NCBI GenBank assembly: GCA_951406725.2
Contig: OX597825.1
Coordinates: forward strand, 34,844,001-34,908,000
Direction: 5' to 3'
DNA length: 64,000 bases
Source: Octopus vulgaris
Taxonomy: Eukaryota
In this document: piece after piece, positions 38,601-51,399 of the stretch
Numbering within the stretch: the first letter of the stretch is position 1
How the letters are laid out: every line of letters begins with the position of its first letter
The notes under the pieces: model-generated
What the model was told of the DNA's origin: nothing
Databases searched by the model: none
Seen by the model: only the letters and a program-made list of their open reading frames with translations
Position numbers and translations under genes: made by a program

Positions 38601-41534
38601 TGATGGCATGGCAGATCCCTGTCAGTTGACAATGAGGATTCAGTTGTTTAATCTGATCCTAAATTAACATGTAAGTGGTTTTGGGTGTATTTCTCAAGTT
38701 GAATCATTGTAATAAGTACAATCTACCCAGTTTGGATTCTATACCGCTTCTATCTACCCAATTTCACTAACAATGTATGGATCAACCTGAAACTATAAAA
38801 ATGGCGTTTAATCAAGTTACCATATTATCCAATGTGTCCTTTATCTTGTCTCTCATTATTTAGTTTAACTAAGTATCTGTTTGATGTGTGTTCAGAATCT
38901 GCTTTAGATAATTGTAAATAACAACTCAGACATGAAACTTATTCATTTGACTAAAACTCTTCCATACAAATTTTAGCAACGTGTCTGGTATCATTGCTAC
39001 TGTATGATGTATGCAAGAGAAGTATGTTTAATGATATATATACAACCACATGATACAAAGGGCTGATGTAGCTGTATGAAGTCTGATGCAGCCATATGTT
39101 ATGATGGGCTTGTATAGCTGTATAATTTAAAAGGCTGACATAGACATGGTGACGGGAAGAAAAAAAGCATCTAGTACATGTTGTAAAGTAGTAGTTGGTG
39201 ATAGAAAAGACATCCAGCCATAGAAACAATGCAGATGTTGAAGCACGAAGCAGTCCTTGGAACCATTGGATCTTTTCAAAATATGCAACCAATTCCAGCA
39301 TGGAACATGGATGTTAAATGATGATGATAATCATGATGATGATAGTGACTGTCATTTGATACAACTGGCTGAATTAGACATCATCATATCATTTCATGTT
39401 TATTTTCCATTCTGGCGTGGATTGAATGGTTTGACAGGGTCTGGTGAGCCACTGGGCTGCTTTGTACTCCACATCAGCTTTGGCATGGTTTCATTGGCTT
39501 GATACCTTTCGCCAGTCACTTTACAGTGTGTACTTGATGCTCTTTTTTTTCATGCCACAGACACTAGTGAAGTAGCTAAGCTACTTGCAAGACAAGACCA
39601 AAGAAAGGAAAAAGGGGGGAAAAATGAAAAAGTCCTTTAGACTAAATGAGAGGAGTATTTGAGAGAGTAGAGAGGAGATTTTTACAGAGGAAAGCAGGGG
39701 TGTTTTGCTGTGGAGAAGATACATAGCTACCCAAGATAAGACATCCATATATGAAGGACTAATACATCAGTGTGACATGAAGGGTTGATATATGTTGGGT
39801 ATCTAAAGAATCCTCAGTTATTATGGAAGATATCTAATTGAGGCTGATCAATGAAAAGCATTTGGAACCTACTGTTAGCTTGGAATGTTTAGCCTCTAAG
39901 ATGAGATGCACAAAGTTTGAGATTTACAGAATGATGCTGAATTTTAAACGTGTTAATTGTGCATTGGCATGAAAATTAATACTGAAATGATGAGGATATT
40001 TATATTGGTGGCTGTGGTATGGATGGTGGTGTCAGTGTTAGTGGTGGTTGTGGTCTTAGTAATTTTGCTGATAATGATTGAAGAGATAAGGATGTAGGTA
40101 GTAGAGTGAAGTGGTGTTGGTAGTGATAGAAGTAGTTTGGATGAGGCTAATGGCAAGTAATACAAGTAAAGAAAAATATATTATAACAATAATTAAAACA
40201 ATATTGTTTCACTGTGCTCAATGTGCACATTTGTAATGGAAATATTTCAACAATTTAGTGCCTGTGTAAATGGAAATTATTACAAAAACATAGTTATTAT
40301 ACCATCATTTTTTTTCTATAATAACATTATTAATACTAAGGCTGCTGGGAAGCACACATAGTGATAAAATATCTGATTAAAATATAATGTAATACAGTTT
40401 CACCATGCTCTGCACGTGCGTTTGTAATGAAAATTTGCCTAACAGTTGAGTAGATAAGATGTACGAGTGATATGATACTGTATAAAAAAGAAAGTTATAA
40501 TAAAATATTTGTATAAGAATTACATCTGAAGTAAACGTAATGTAGTTTCACTGTTTTCTACTTGTCACTATTGTATTGGAAACATGTTCAACAATTTGGT
40601 ACATATACATACCAGTTTAATGAATTGGAAATTGAATTTAAGTGGGCGAATAAAATGGTATATGAAACAAATAAAAAACAAAGAATGGTAATGAGAAAAC
40701 TATTATGTAAGTTAATAGAATAAAGCAAATCATTTTTAATTCCCACTTTTCCATGCATGTATTGGATAGAGTTTTTTGAAGCAGATTCTTTATGGCTGAA
40801 TGCTCTTCCACTTACTAACCATCACCCATTTCCTAGTAAGGTAATATTTCTCCATGGCCATATATATTTTTGGCAAAATATTGGAAATGAATGGCACTGC
40901 TTGTATGACAGTGACACTCATTTACGACTATCACACAATGTCAAGGCAAGGAGACACTAATGCACAAAATGGTGACTGTTCAGTCACTGATGTAATAAAA
41001 AGAGTCAGCAGGCTCTTAAAAAAACAAATATTAGTGACAGAAGTAGTATTAATAACAAATGGTAATCTCTATATCTTACTTAATGTGAATGTATTATTAG
41101 AATGCTGTATTACTGTGGTGTTTACATTGATGGATTCTCTGAAATAAAGCCACAGACATGTTTTACCTATATATTGTTGGTAGTGGAATTTGGCTGGCAT
41201 ATGATGAGCAGATACCTGCAAATGATGAAGTTCAGGTAGATAAGAGTACCATTCCTGTCACTCCTATTTGCCTTGCAGTAAATTCACCGGTGGAAGGACC
41301 TCTCTTGCCACCCTAACCTTCCTCTTCAAATGGAATTTGAAATTGATGAATGTTTGGTTAAAGAGAAAAATGCCAATAACCAGTCTTTTGAATTTTTTTT
41401 CCATCTTACAAACTCATTTACTATGAGCAAAATTCAGAGGAAAACTGCCTGCCTTTCGTGGTCAAATAAAGTTGGCAGAGCAATCCTCCTGGTTATTAAA
41501 ACAACATTAAAAATGTGTATTGTTTTCTATTTAG

Positions 41535-41618
41535 AACCTACATTTACACTGGCAACAACTTGTGTGTGTTGGAGGAAGTTATGTATTCACTTCATTAAAG
41601 CCAACAAATATTGTAACA
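41535..41618 (+). CDS. CTC1: CTC1 exon 7
   Basis: atttag| ... ACA|gtaagt, 84 nt, phase 0 to 0. NLHLHWQQLVCVGGSYVFTSLKPTNIVT resembles human [24 protein letters not shown]. Confidence 0.85.
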
Positions 41619-42399
41619 GTAAGTATAAAACTTATTTTTACTATTTTTGCTGTTGGATTATAGTTTATTTGCAAGTCACCACTGATCAACAATCTCATGA
41701 TCAAAGGTAAAAATAGGACCATTCATTTTATTTAAGCTCTTCACTCCCTATGAATCATGGGCCATCAAATACTTCCCTCCACTGCTTTTGTTTTTTTTAC
41801 TTCTCCTCAGTTGGATCCCTACTTTATAAGCTCAGTCTCAGTATCTGATCTCCAGCTTTTTTTTAGGGTGTTCTCTCTTCCACCTCCCTGGTGAGTTCCA
41901 GGTCAGCATCTGATGCATAATGCAGGATATTACTTTCCTGTGATATTTTGCTGCACCTTGTCATCTGTTTCTCCAAGGGAAGGCCTTCTTTCATGCGTTA
42001 TTGGTTTTGAATTGTCATCAATGCTTCTGTAACTTTACTTTTTTCTAGATATGGGTCTTGACCCTATACAAACCTATTTTTATCTCTCGGAAAAGGTGGT
42101 TCATGTTAGTCTGGCCCCTACCTTTTGACCAGTCTAGCATGGGAGGCCTTGTGATCTGCTGGCATAGCTCTGCTAGCATTTTGTATTTTGCAGAAATTTT
42201 TGGACTTCCCTCTCTCTCTCTTTCGGAGAGGCACTGAGCAGCTATACACACACATACACATACGGCTGTAACTTCCACCTACCGAATTCAATCACAAAGC
42301 TCTGGTCGGCTCGGGGCTATAGTGGAAGACACCTACCCAAAGTGCCACACGGTGGGACTGAACCCGAAACCATGTAGTTAGGAAGCAAGCTCCCTAACT

Positions 42400-43480
42400 T
42401 ATATCCTGTAAATTCTGTGTCTGTTACTATGGTATCCAGAACACCGTATTGAGCAAAAAGTTTGAGCAAGAACTTTATTTTTGCCATTGAGGTTGGTTGA
42501 CTGCACCTACATACTTCCAGCCACTTGGTAAAGCTATCAACAATAATCAAGTAGTACGTGCCATTCACTGGTCCAGCGTAGTCTATATGTACTCTGGACC
42601 ATAAACTATCAGTCTCAATCAAGCCTTGATTGGTATTTCACCAGTTGTGCCTTGGCTGCTAGCATACAACCTCTACATGATTTCACCAAATTTTCAATGT
42701 CCTGGTCCATTGTTGGCCAAAGCATGTAACTCCTCATCAAAGCTTTCATTCTTGACATCCCAGGGTGTCCACTATAAAATTCATGTACTACACATTTCTG
42801 TCGTGCAGTTGGTACTACCACTCTTTGTGCGTTCATTAATACATTGTCACAGAGTGAAAAATGGTTCACATTCGAGTTTGTTTTTTTTTTTTTTCATGGT
42901 TTCCTTCAATTTTATGATGTAGTTGTCCTCCGTTGATTTACTTTTTATATCTTGTACAGTCACTGGCAACTCCTGAATGACATTACACATAATACTTTTA
43001 ATTTCCTTTTCTGATTGTAATGTGGCTATAACCATATATTCCAGTGGTTCCACATTCTTTGGAATTAATTGCAATAAACAATCTGCATGGCAAATTTTCT
43101 TAGAAGGAATGCACTCCATCTTAAAGTCGTAATTCAACAATTTCATAGCCTAGTGCTGCAATCTATTTGCAGTATGGGTAGGAATTCCTTTCTTTGACCC
43201 AAAAATTGATAATAATGGTCTGTGATCAGTTTGTAAACTAAAACTTCTTCCGTGCAAATATCTGAAATTTCTTAATGGTAAAAATAATTGCAAGAACTTC
43301 TTTTTCCATTTGACTATAGATTTTCTCTGCGGTTATCAGAGAATGTGAGGCATGAACCACTGCCTTCATATTGCTGTCTTTATATTTGTGTAGCATTACT
43401 GCTCCTATACCATATTCAGAAGTGTCAGAAGTCACAACAAACTTTGCTGCAGAATTGAAATAAGCCAGTGGCAAATTCGA
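42400..43480 (-). mobile_element. Ty3/gypsy pol fragment (RNase H to integrase), inactivated, no LTRs seen
   Basis: SDTSEYGIGAVMLH...YSQMEKEVLAIIF; GHPGMSRMKALMRSYMLWPTMDQDIENLVKSCRGC (integrase Zn-binding); WSRVHIDYAGP...IVDSFTKW. Confidence 0.9.
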
Positions 43481-43693
43481 CATGCACGCACACATGTAAA
43501 TAAGTAACAAGGATGTACAGTTATCAATACATTTACTTATTTACATTCTGTTCACCTAACTTGGAGCTGTGCTGACTACACCGATCTGGCAAGGTGCCTC
43601 AATTTAAGTACCTAATTCAACTGAATCTTAATTATATATATATATTACATGTATATATATATATATATTACATGTATATATATATATATTACA

Positions 43694-44108
43694 TACTCTC
43701 TTTTACTCTCTTTTACTCTCTTTTACTTGTTTCAGTCATTTGACTGCGGCCATGCTGGAGCACCGCCTTTAGTCGAGCAAATCGACCGCGAGACTTATTC
43801 TTTGTAAGCCCAGTACTTATTCTATCGGTCTCTTTTGCCGAACCGCTAAGTGACGGGGACATAAACACACCAGCATCAGTTGTCAAGCAATGCTAAGGGG
43901 ACAAACACAAACACACACACACATATATATATATATACATATATACGACAGGCTTCTTTCAGTTTCCGTCTACCAAATCCACTCACAAGGCATTGGTCAG
44001 CCCGGGGCTATAGCAGAAGACACTTGCCCAAGATGCCACGCAGTGGGACTGAACCCGGAACCATGTGGTTGGTTAGCAAGCTACCTACCACACAGCCACT
44101 CCTGCGCC
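43694..44108 (-). mobile_element. Full-length young tRNA-derived SINE (same family as 32269)
   Basis: CpG-rich reverse-complement match to 32269-32680; (agagtaaaag)n tail. Confidence 0.9.
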
Positions 44109-44360
44109 TATGTATTATATGTATTATATACATGTATTACATGTATTATATATAGTTCAAAAACACCCACAAGACTGTGATAGTCAATGAAATAGAAATA
44201 AAATTTAAAAGTTTATTCTGTCTGTGTGGCCCAGTACCAAATGCTCCATGGTCTGTTACTTGGGTGCATCCTGGTGGTTGGGGATCACTGTTGCAAATTA
44301 TATTGTTCCTTTTTTGTCAACAGCAAGGTATTATTTCATTCTATGTTGGTATAATTTCAG

Positions 44361-44453
44361 GCTATGAACTCACTGACACCTCTGTATGTTCCAACCAAGA
44401 ACTCTCAGCTGCATATAACAAATGATTATCAACTTTCAGTTTGTTTGTTAAAG
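44361..44453 (+). CDS. CTC1: CTC1 exon 8
   Basis: tttcag| ... AAG|gtaatt, 93 nt, phase 0 to 0. AMNSLTPLYVPTKNSQLHITNDYQLSVCLLK resembles human HVWMTSQSSRLLLL. Confidence 0.75.
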
Positions 44454-44995
44454 GTAATTTCATAAGTACTTTAGATATTTCCCATTTCATTCATATCACC
44501 TTGGTTCTCTTCTGTTACTCTCCTCACCCTCTCACTCAGACTTTCTTCCTCACTGACTTTTGTGGGGAATCAAGAGAAACAAATAGAAACAACATGAATA
44601 AGTGGGATTCTTTTTAGTGTTACTAGTGGCAAGGAGATAACATCTCTGTTGTTAGTCAGTGAATACGGACACTGTAAGTTACAGGCGACTTTTTAGTCTT
44701 GCTGGGAAGTCAACCTCACTTGTGATGGTGCAACAATGAAACAAACTCATTCATCATCATAACAATCGTTAATGGCCACTTTTCCATGCTTGCATGGGTC
44801 AAAAACAATTTGTTGCTGTAGATTTTCTACACCTGGATGCCCTTCCTGTTACAAACATCAGTTTCCAAGCAAGATAATATTTTTCCATAGCTAGACATGT
44901 TTTTCATGGAAGACAACCTTGCTTGTATGACAATGATGCTTGTTTACCACTATCATGTCACATCTGGATAAGAATACACACAAACAGATATCTAT

Positions 44996-45280
44996 CTATC
45001 TGCTCAGTCGAAGTTGACTCTCGGTTACTCGGATCAGTGTCCTCCAGTCAGTTCTATCCTGGGCCGCTTCTTTCAGATTGGCTATGTCCATTCTGGTATC
45101 ACTCTTGATGGTGTCAAGCCAGCGGGTTCTTGGTCGGCCTCTTCCTCTCTTGCCACTGACCATTCCGAGCATGATGTCCTTCTCCAGGGATTTTCTCCGC
45201 ATAATATGACCGAAATATGCCAATCTATGCTTGGCCTGATCTGCTTAAGAACTTCTCCATTGGTGAGCCTTTTGTATGTG
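44996..45280 (-). mobile_element. RTE/BovB-like LINE 3' end
   Basis: YFGHIMRRKSLEKDIMLGMVSGKRGRGRPRTRWLD...AQDRTDWR. Confidence 0.85.
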
Positions 45281-45539
45281 GAAGGTGCACAGGCATATAT
45301 ATATATATGTACAACAGCTTCTTTCAGTTTTTGTCTACCAAATCCACTCACAAGGCTTTCATTGGTTCAGGGCTATAATAGGAGATACTTACCCTAGTGC
45401 CTCACAATGGGACTGACCTGAGACTACATGGAATGCAAACAAGCTTATCAGCCACCAGCTGCACCTGCATCTGTTTCATTGGCCCAAGGTGTTGTACAGT
45501 GAAATTGAATTCAGAACAGAATTCAGAAACTAACTTTTG

Positions 45540-45960
45540 TATGTGGAAGGTGCACAGGCATAATAAATGCTGAACATGTGCAGAAAATAGACTCCATCAA
45601 CTGCCAGAGGGGCAAGGTAGAGGTAGTAGATAGCTTCCATTATCTAGGTGACCAGGTTAGTGGTAGTGGATGTTCTGAGAGTGTAGCTGTGAGAATAAGA
45701 TTAGGTTTTGCAAAGTTCAGAGAGCTCCTACCTCTGCTGGCAACAAAGGGCCTCTCTTTCAGAGTGAAAGACAGATTGTTTGATGCCTGTGTGCAAACAT
45801 CTATGCTGCATGTCAGTGAAACATGGGCTATAACAGTTGCTTCACTGGATGTGCAATGTCAGTGTGCATATTTGACAGAGTGTAAATATCTTGAGAGAAA
45901 AGTTAGGCATAAGAGGAATCAGATGTAGTGTGCAAGAGAGACGACTGCACGGGTATGGTC
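45540..45960 (+). mobile_element. RTE-clade LINE fragment
   Basis: VEVVDSFHYLGDQVS...RIRLGFAKFRELLPLL...MLHVSETW. Confidence 0.8.
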
Positions 45961-46033
45961 ATGAGGCAATGTGCGCTGCTTAAGAGGACCCATGAAGCCA
46001 AGTGCACTTGTACTAGTTGCATGTAAAAAATCA

Positions 46034-46230
46034 ACCTTTGAACATTAGGCCTCATCAAGGCAAAGTGGCTGAGTTCCTTTTGAGCATTGGGCCTCATGGA
46101 AGCATAGTGACTGAGCCCCCTTTGCACATTGGGCCTGACAAAGACAAAGTGGCTGAGTTCCTTTTGAGCATTGAGCCTCATGGAAGTAAAGTGGCTGAGT
46201 TCCTTTCAAGTGTTGGGCCTCATGGAAGCA
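46034..46230. repeat. 42-bp tandem repeat, about 4.5 copies
   Basis: Unit aaagtggctgagttccttttgagcattgggcctcatggaagc. Confidence 0.8.
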
Positions 46231-47123
46231 ATGACCAAGACCTTTGCCATTATGTTGTGCTTGAGAAGAAGACCCATCAAGCCAAGCAAAATTGCATTTG
46301 TGGCAGATACCAGTATCATGCAAATGGCAACCATGCCAGTGGCATGTAAAAGCATCCATTACACTCTCAGAGTGGTTGGCATTAGGAAGGGCATCCAGCC
46401 ATAGAAAACCATGCCAAATCAGACTGGAGCCTGGTGCAGCCTTCCAGCAGGCCAGCCTAGTCAAGCTGTTCAAGCCATGCCACCAAGGACAACAGATGTT
46501 AAATGATGATGATGATGTTGAACACATGGTTGAGAAGCTTGTTTCCCAACCATGTATTCTGAGTTTAATCTCACTGCATGATACCCTGAGCCAATGAAAG
46601 AAGTGCAGGTGTGGCCGTGTGGCTGAGAAATGCCTGTGCTTCTGTTACTCTGTAAAATGGCAGCTGGAAGACAACACAGCTAAAGGGAACATACCAAGAC
46701 ATTAAATGTGAGTGTGATGTTTGTCCCCAACCCATCAAGAAGGGAAGAATCTCTAAATAAGAACTGACTCAGCCCCATACAACCCATTCCATCCATGCCA
46801 GCATGGAAAAGTGGACATAAAAATTATGATGATTATGATGATTAATACAAAATTTGTTGATGTTTTTATTTCTCTTTTGTTTAAAAGTGTTAGATATATC
46901 TTGCATTACAAATATAGAGGCAAATTGGTCAGGTCGGAAAAGTATGTCGTGACCAAGTTGCAGTATAGTAAGCTCTTGTGACCTTGGACGGATAAAAAGC
47001 AAGGTGAACCTGAACAGGATTTGCACTCAGAATGTCAAGAGACTTGACCAAATAACTCAAAATATTTTCCCTCTCACTTTTCCAATTCTACCAGTTCTCC
47101 ACATATATATGTATATTCTTCAG

Positions 47124-47213
47124 GAAATGTTACACGAAAATCTACAGTCTGAGAAATCTGTGAAGCTGATGAAACCAACTTGTTCCAGACATTCTGATGC
47201 CATTTCTTATGAG
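47124..47213 (+). CDS. CTC1: CTC1 exon 9 (gene continues beyond window)
   Basis: cttcag| ... GAG|gtaagt, 90 nt, phase 0 to 0. EMLHENLQSEKSVKLMKPTCSRHSDAISYE resembles human RYSRLLSYS(G). The next expected GxxTxVxxxxxGxYELD exon was not found downstream in the window. Confidence 0.8.
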
Positions 47214-48465
47214 GTAAGTGGTTTCCTTGGAGGTTTAGGGGTTAAGGTGTTGGACTCACGATCATAAGATTGTGTTTTCGATTCCTGGACTGGGTGATCC
47301 ATTGTGTTCTTGATCAAAACACTTCATTTCATGTTGCTCCAGTCCACTCAGCTGTAGAAATGAGTACCACTAGTGGAGGCGCATCGCTTAGTGGTTAGGG
47401 TTTTGGATTTATGACCGTAAGATTGTGGTTTCAATCCCTGGACCAGGCAGTCTGTTGTGTTCTTGAGCAAAACACTTCATTTCATACTCCAGTCCACTCA
47501 GCTGTAGAAATGAGTTTATCCTGGAGAGGGATGGGCTCCTCCAGGCTTTCTTGCCCTAGAGACACTGCATGGCTGCAGCACCCGAACAACCCCCAAGAGT
47601 TTAAGGGACTTGTCAAGTTGTTTCCTGTCAATCTTTTCACTATACATTCTTCTTTAAGTGACCACAACCAAAATGCATTTCACCACATTATGCCAGGGAT
47701 CCCTGTTCTCTTCAGCTTTGACAGATTCTCAATTTCATGTTGTTCTCTCTGCCAGTATCATCAGTGTTGTTAAATAGTCTAAGTCCTGTATCAGGGTGTT
47801 GTAGTTTCCAAAATATAACATTCAATATGGCCCAGTATTCAACACAAGAGCAGTGGTTGACACAGTCTACCCTACTTGGGACTACAATAATAGTGATGGG
47901 TAGACTGTTCCTATAATGATCCTCTTTGGTCTTGTACTTATACCATGGAATGTTTTGAGCCCTTATGAAAAATCTGGTGTATGTATCATCAAAGTGATCT
48001 TGAAGTTCCTTCTTTGTGGTCCAAGAGTGCTCTCTATACATGCCTGAAACTGGGATGCTCATGATTGGAATGCCTTTGATCATGAGTCTGCCTTTGGAGT
48101 CATTAATTAAAGTACTAGTCTTTATTAGTTTAAGACTAATTTGGAGGAGGAGTTTAGTCAATACCATTAATGGTATTGACTAAACTCCTTCTCCAAATTT
48201 CAAACCTTGTGACTGTACAAAAAATCCTTATTATTTATTATGAAGAGCATGACTTGTTAGAATCAGTAGAACAATGGACAAAATTCTTCACAGCTCAGAC
48301 ATAGTATGTACCTTTATACTCTGAGTTTAATCCTTCCAAAATTAACTTGGCATTTTATCTTTCAATAGTCAATAAAATAAGTATTGAGTGCTTAGGGCAG
48401 TTTACTCAACTGCATCTCTCCTCCTAAATTTCTGATCTTGTATCTCTGTTAGAAATCATTACTAT

Positions 48466-48860
48466 TATTACCTCCACCTTAGCGAAGGCAAAGGTATTGT
48501 TTTCAGTTGTGTTTGTTTGTTTGTCCGTGGACAAGATATCTCAAGAACCGCTGGATGGATTTAGATGAAACTTTGAGGGATGTTTGGTCTTGTGACTAGC
48601 ACGAACTGATTAGATTTTGGGCTCAATCTGGTACTTTTTTTTGAGAGCGGTCGTGTTCATTTTTAGTATTCTCGTTTGTGAGAACAGTGGGATCGATCTG
48701 GTACTCGACAAGAATTCTGAATTATTTGTTATATTTACTTTACATGAAGTATTATGATCTCTGATTATCTCTCTTGAAAGCATGCTCATGGTTTCCATGT
48801 AAGTTGTGGTGGTGTTGCTGTTTCTAAAGTTTTATCTTTGTTTCTCTATTATTAATTTTA
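48466..48860 (+). mobile_element. Helentron/DINE-like non-autonomous element
   Basis: ttattacctccacc...ggtattgttttcag...gtttgtttgtccgtggacaagatatctcaagaaccgctggatggatt, the typical HINE head layout. Confidence 0.5.
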
Positions 48861-48999
48861 CTCGCATCACTGTCTTAGTAGAAACTGATGGATAAAGAAA
48901 TCAAACTACATAAACAAACGGCAGCAAAATCATTCAAAAATGAAATAACACTAACATATTCAGTCACAATAAATTTAATTTATCCCTGGCAATTTTTAG

Positions 49000-51330
49000 T
49001 TTTACCAATTTTAAATATATTGCACCTGTTTAAAACCTCTTACCTACTTGATAATTGCATTTCTAGCTTTGCCTTGAAGGAAGCTTACTTAGGAGAGAAG
49101 AAAATTCTTATGAGACAATGGACAAAGATTACAAACTGCCCAGATAAACATCTCAAAAGTAGTGAAAAGTGCAACCTAAAAACAACACTGTTAGAGATTA
49201 AGAAAATTTGCATCAGTCCCATGAAAAAAGAGAGCAGACAAGGAGGCCTGGGTTATAGAAAATATTAAGTCTGACCCTAAAGCTTTCTTTAAATTTGCCA
49301 AAGCAATGGCCTCAGTATGCTACAAGATAAGACTCCTCTTCCAAAAGGATGGCTCCTTCATAGGAAGCCCAATGAGGATGAGTGAAATACTGAATGAACA
49401 GTTCAAAAGTGTTTTCACTACCTGCTTAGGATACAAGCAAACAAACCAGTAGAGCTCTGTAACCAAGGAGACAATAATAATTTGACATCAAAGAAGATAT
49501 AGTACTGGCCATAAAGTTTTCCAACTATGCTGAAGCCACGCAGTGTGTGACATATCACACCATAGCTGACTTTATCAAAGGCTTTTGCAAAGTCGAGATA
49601 TATCATGTCTAAATTTGAGTATTGAGCAGCTACTTTAACATCTAGTCATAGTGCTGTAAGAGCTGTGTCAGGCAGCTTCTATCTGCTTGAAAATGATGCT
49701 GGGTATCAGTTAGTTAGTCATTCTCTTCAAGGAATGCAATTAGTTTCCTGCAGACTATCAGTTCCATGACATGGCTGATGTGTGAGATCAAAGTGATAGG
49801 ACTTCAATTTTTTGCATCTGTGGATAGGGCATATTATTCCCTCCTTCAATTTGCCTGGGAACTTACCACTTGCAAAGAAGCTATGAGAAATAGTTGCACT
49901 GGTTTTGCAAGGGCTTGTTTCCATGACTAGAGAAGGATTGCTGGGAATCCATCAGAGCCAGCAGACTTTGCATTCACCTCATTTATGGCCAGTATTATAT
50001 TTTCTTTGATGCTGATGTAATCAATTATTACTGTCCTCTTGGTTACAGGTGTAGAGGCAAAGAACTCCGTTGGCTACATGACTTTATAAAAGACAGAAGT
50101 CAGGTAGTGGTGGCCAATGGACCCACCTCTAAGGAAACACAAACAGTGAGTCGTGTTTCACAGAGTATTGTCTTAGGGCCACTGCTATTCATATTGGCCC
50201 TCTCACACATGCCCTCAACTGCTCAAATAGCCACTGTTGCTAGCTATACAGGCATAAAAGTCTCTCATAGGATACAAAACCCAGGAAATATTGCAAACCT
50301 GCGACAGGACTTGGATGCAATATGCAGATGGTCTGAGGATAATAACCTGCAGTTTGATGCTATCAAAATCAGTGCATGACTCAGGCATTGACATGAGTAA
50401 TGATGTATCTTTCTAGGTGCATATTACTAATTTGGCAATAAAATGCAGATGGCTGGCTGGATGGCTCCTCCAAACTTTCAGTACAAGAGAACAGGAAACT
50501 ATGATGGTCCTCTGGTGGATGTATGTACTCATCCACTTAGACTATTGCTCCCAACTACGGTCACCACACAGTATAAAATTAATGGCAGAACTTGAAGTAA
50601 TCCACTGAAGCTACACAAAGAACGTCATCTCAATGCAATATGTCAGCTATTGGGAAAAGCTGAAAATGCTAAGACTCTGCTCCTTAGAATGAAGGTGAGA
50701 AAGATATGCAGTGATATACATCTGGATAATCCTGGAAGGACGTGTACCAAACTTTGACATTGAAAGTTACACAAACAGCTGAAAGGGAGGCACCACTGCA
50801 TAGTGCCAAATGTTCCAACATAGCCATCAAGATACAGGACCAGATACTGCAACAGTTTGGGTTTCAAGGGCCCACACCTCTTCAATATCCTTCCCAAGGC
50901 GGCGAGCTGGCAGAGACGTTTGGACGCCGAGCGAAGTGCTTCGCGGTATTTCGCCCGTCGTTACGTTCTGAGTTCAAATTCCGCCGAGGTCGACTTTGCC
51001 TTTCATCCTTTTGGGGTCGATAAATTAAGTACCAGTTACGCACTGGGGCTGATGTAATCGACTTAATCCGTTTGTCTGTCCTTGTTTGTCCCCTCTATGT
51101 TTAGCCCCTTGTGGTTAGTAAAGAAACAAATATCCTTCCCAAAAGCCCTAGAGACCTGTATGGTGTGGATGTAGGTGTCTTCAAAACAAAACTTGATCTC
51201 CTCCTGTCAAAGATTCCAGATGAGCCTATATCACAGCAGGAAGCAGATGAGGACAGCAGCATCAAACTTTCACATTCATCAAATGCCATATACCAAAGGA
51301 GGTTTCAAATAGTGAATGTGTAACAAAGCC
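49000..51330 (+). mobile_element. CR1/L2-group LINE with internally inverted RT segment (about 49516-50074)
   Basis: Plus strand IKSDPKAFFKF, EILNEQFKSVFT; minus strand SAGSDGFPAILL...IYLDFAKAFDKV...IVGKL; plus strand WLHDFIKDRSQVVVANG...VLGPLLF, HLDYCS, FKTKLD. Confidence 0.85.
50898..51128 (+). mobile_element. Young tRNA-derived SINE with 14-bp TSD, nested in the LINE
   Basis: TSD aatatccttcccaa at 50884-50897 and 51129-51142; A-box ggcgagctggcaga, B-box gagttcaaattcc; CpGs intact. Confidence 0.9.
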
Positions 51331-51399
51331 AATGGTGATGCCCCAGTATGGCTGTAGCTCCTGAGTGGAAACCAGTTAAAGAGAGTTATATATATACAT

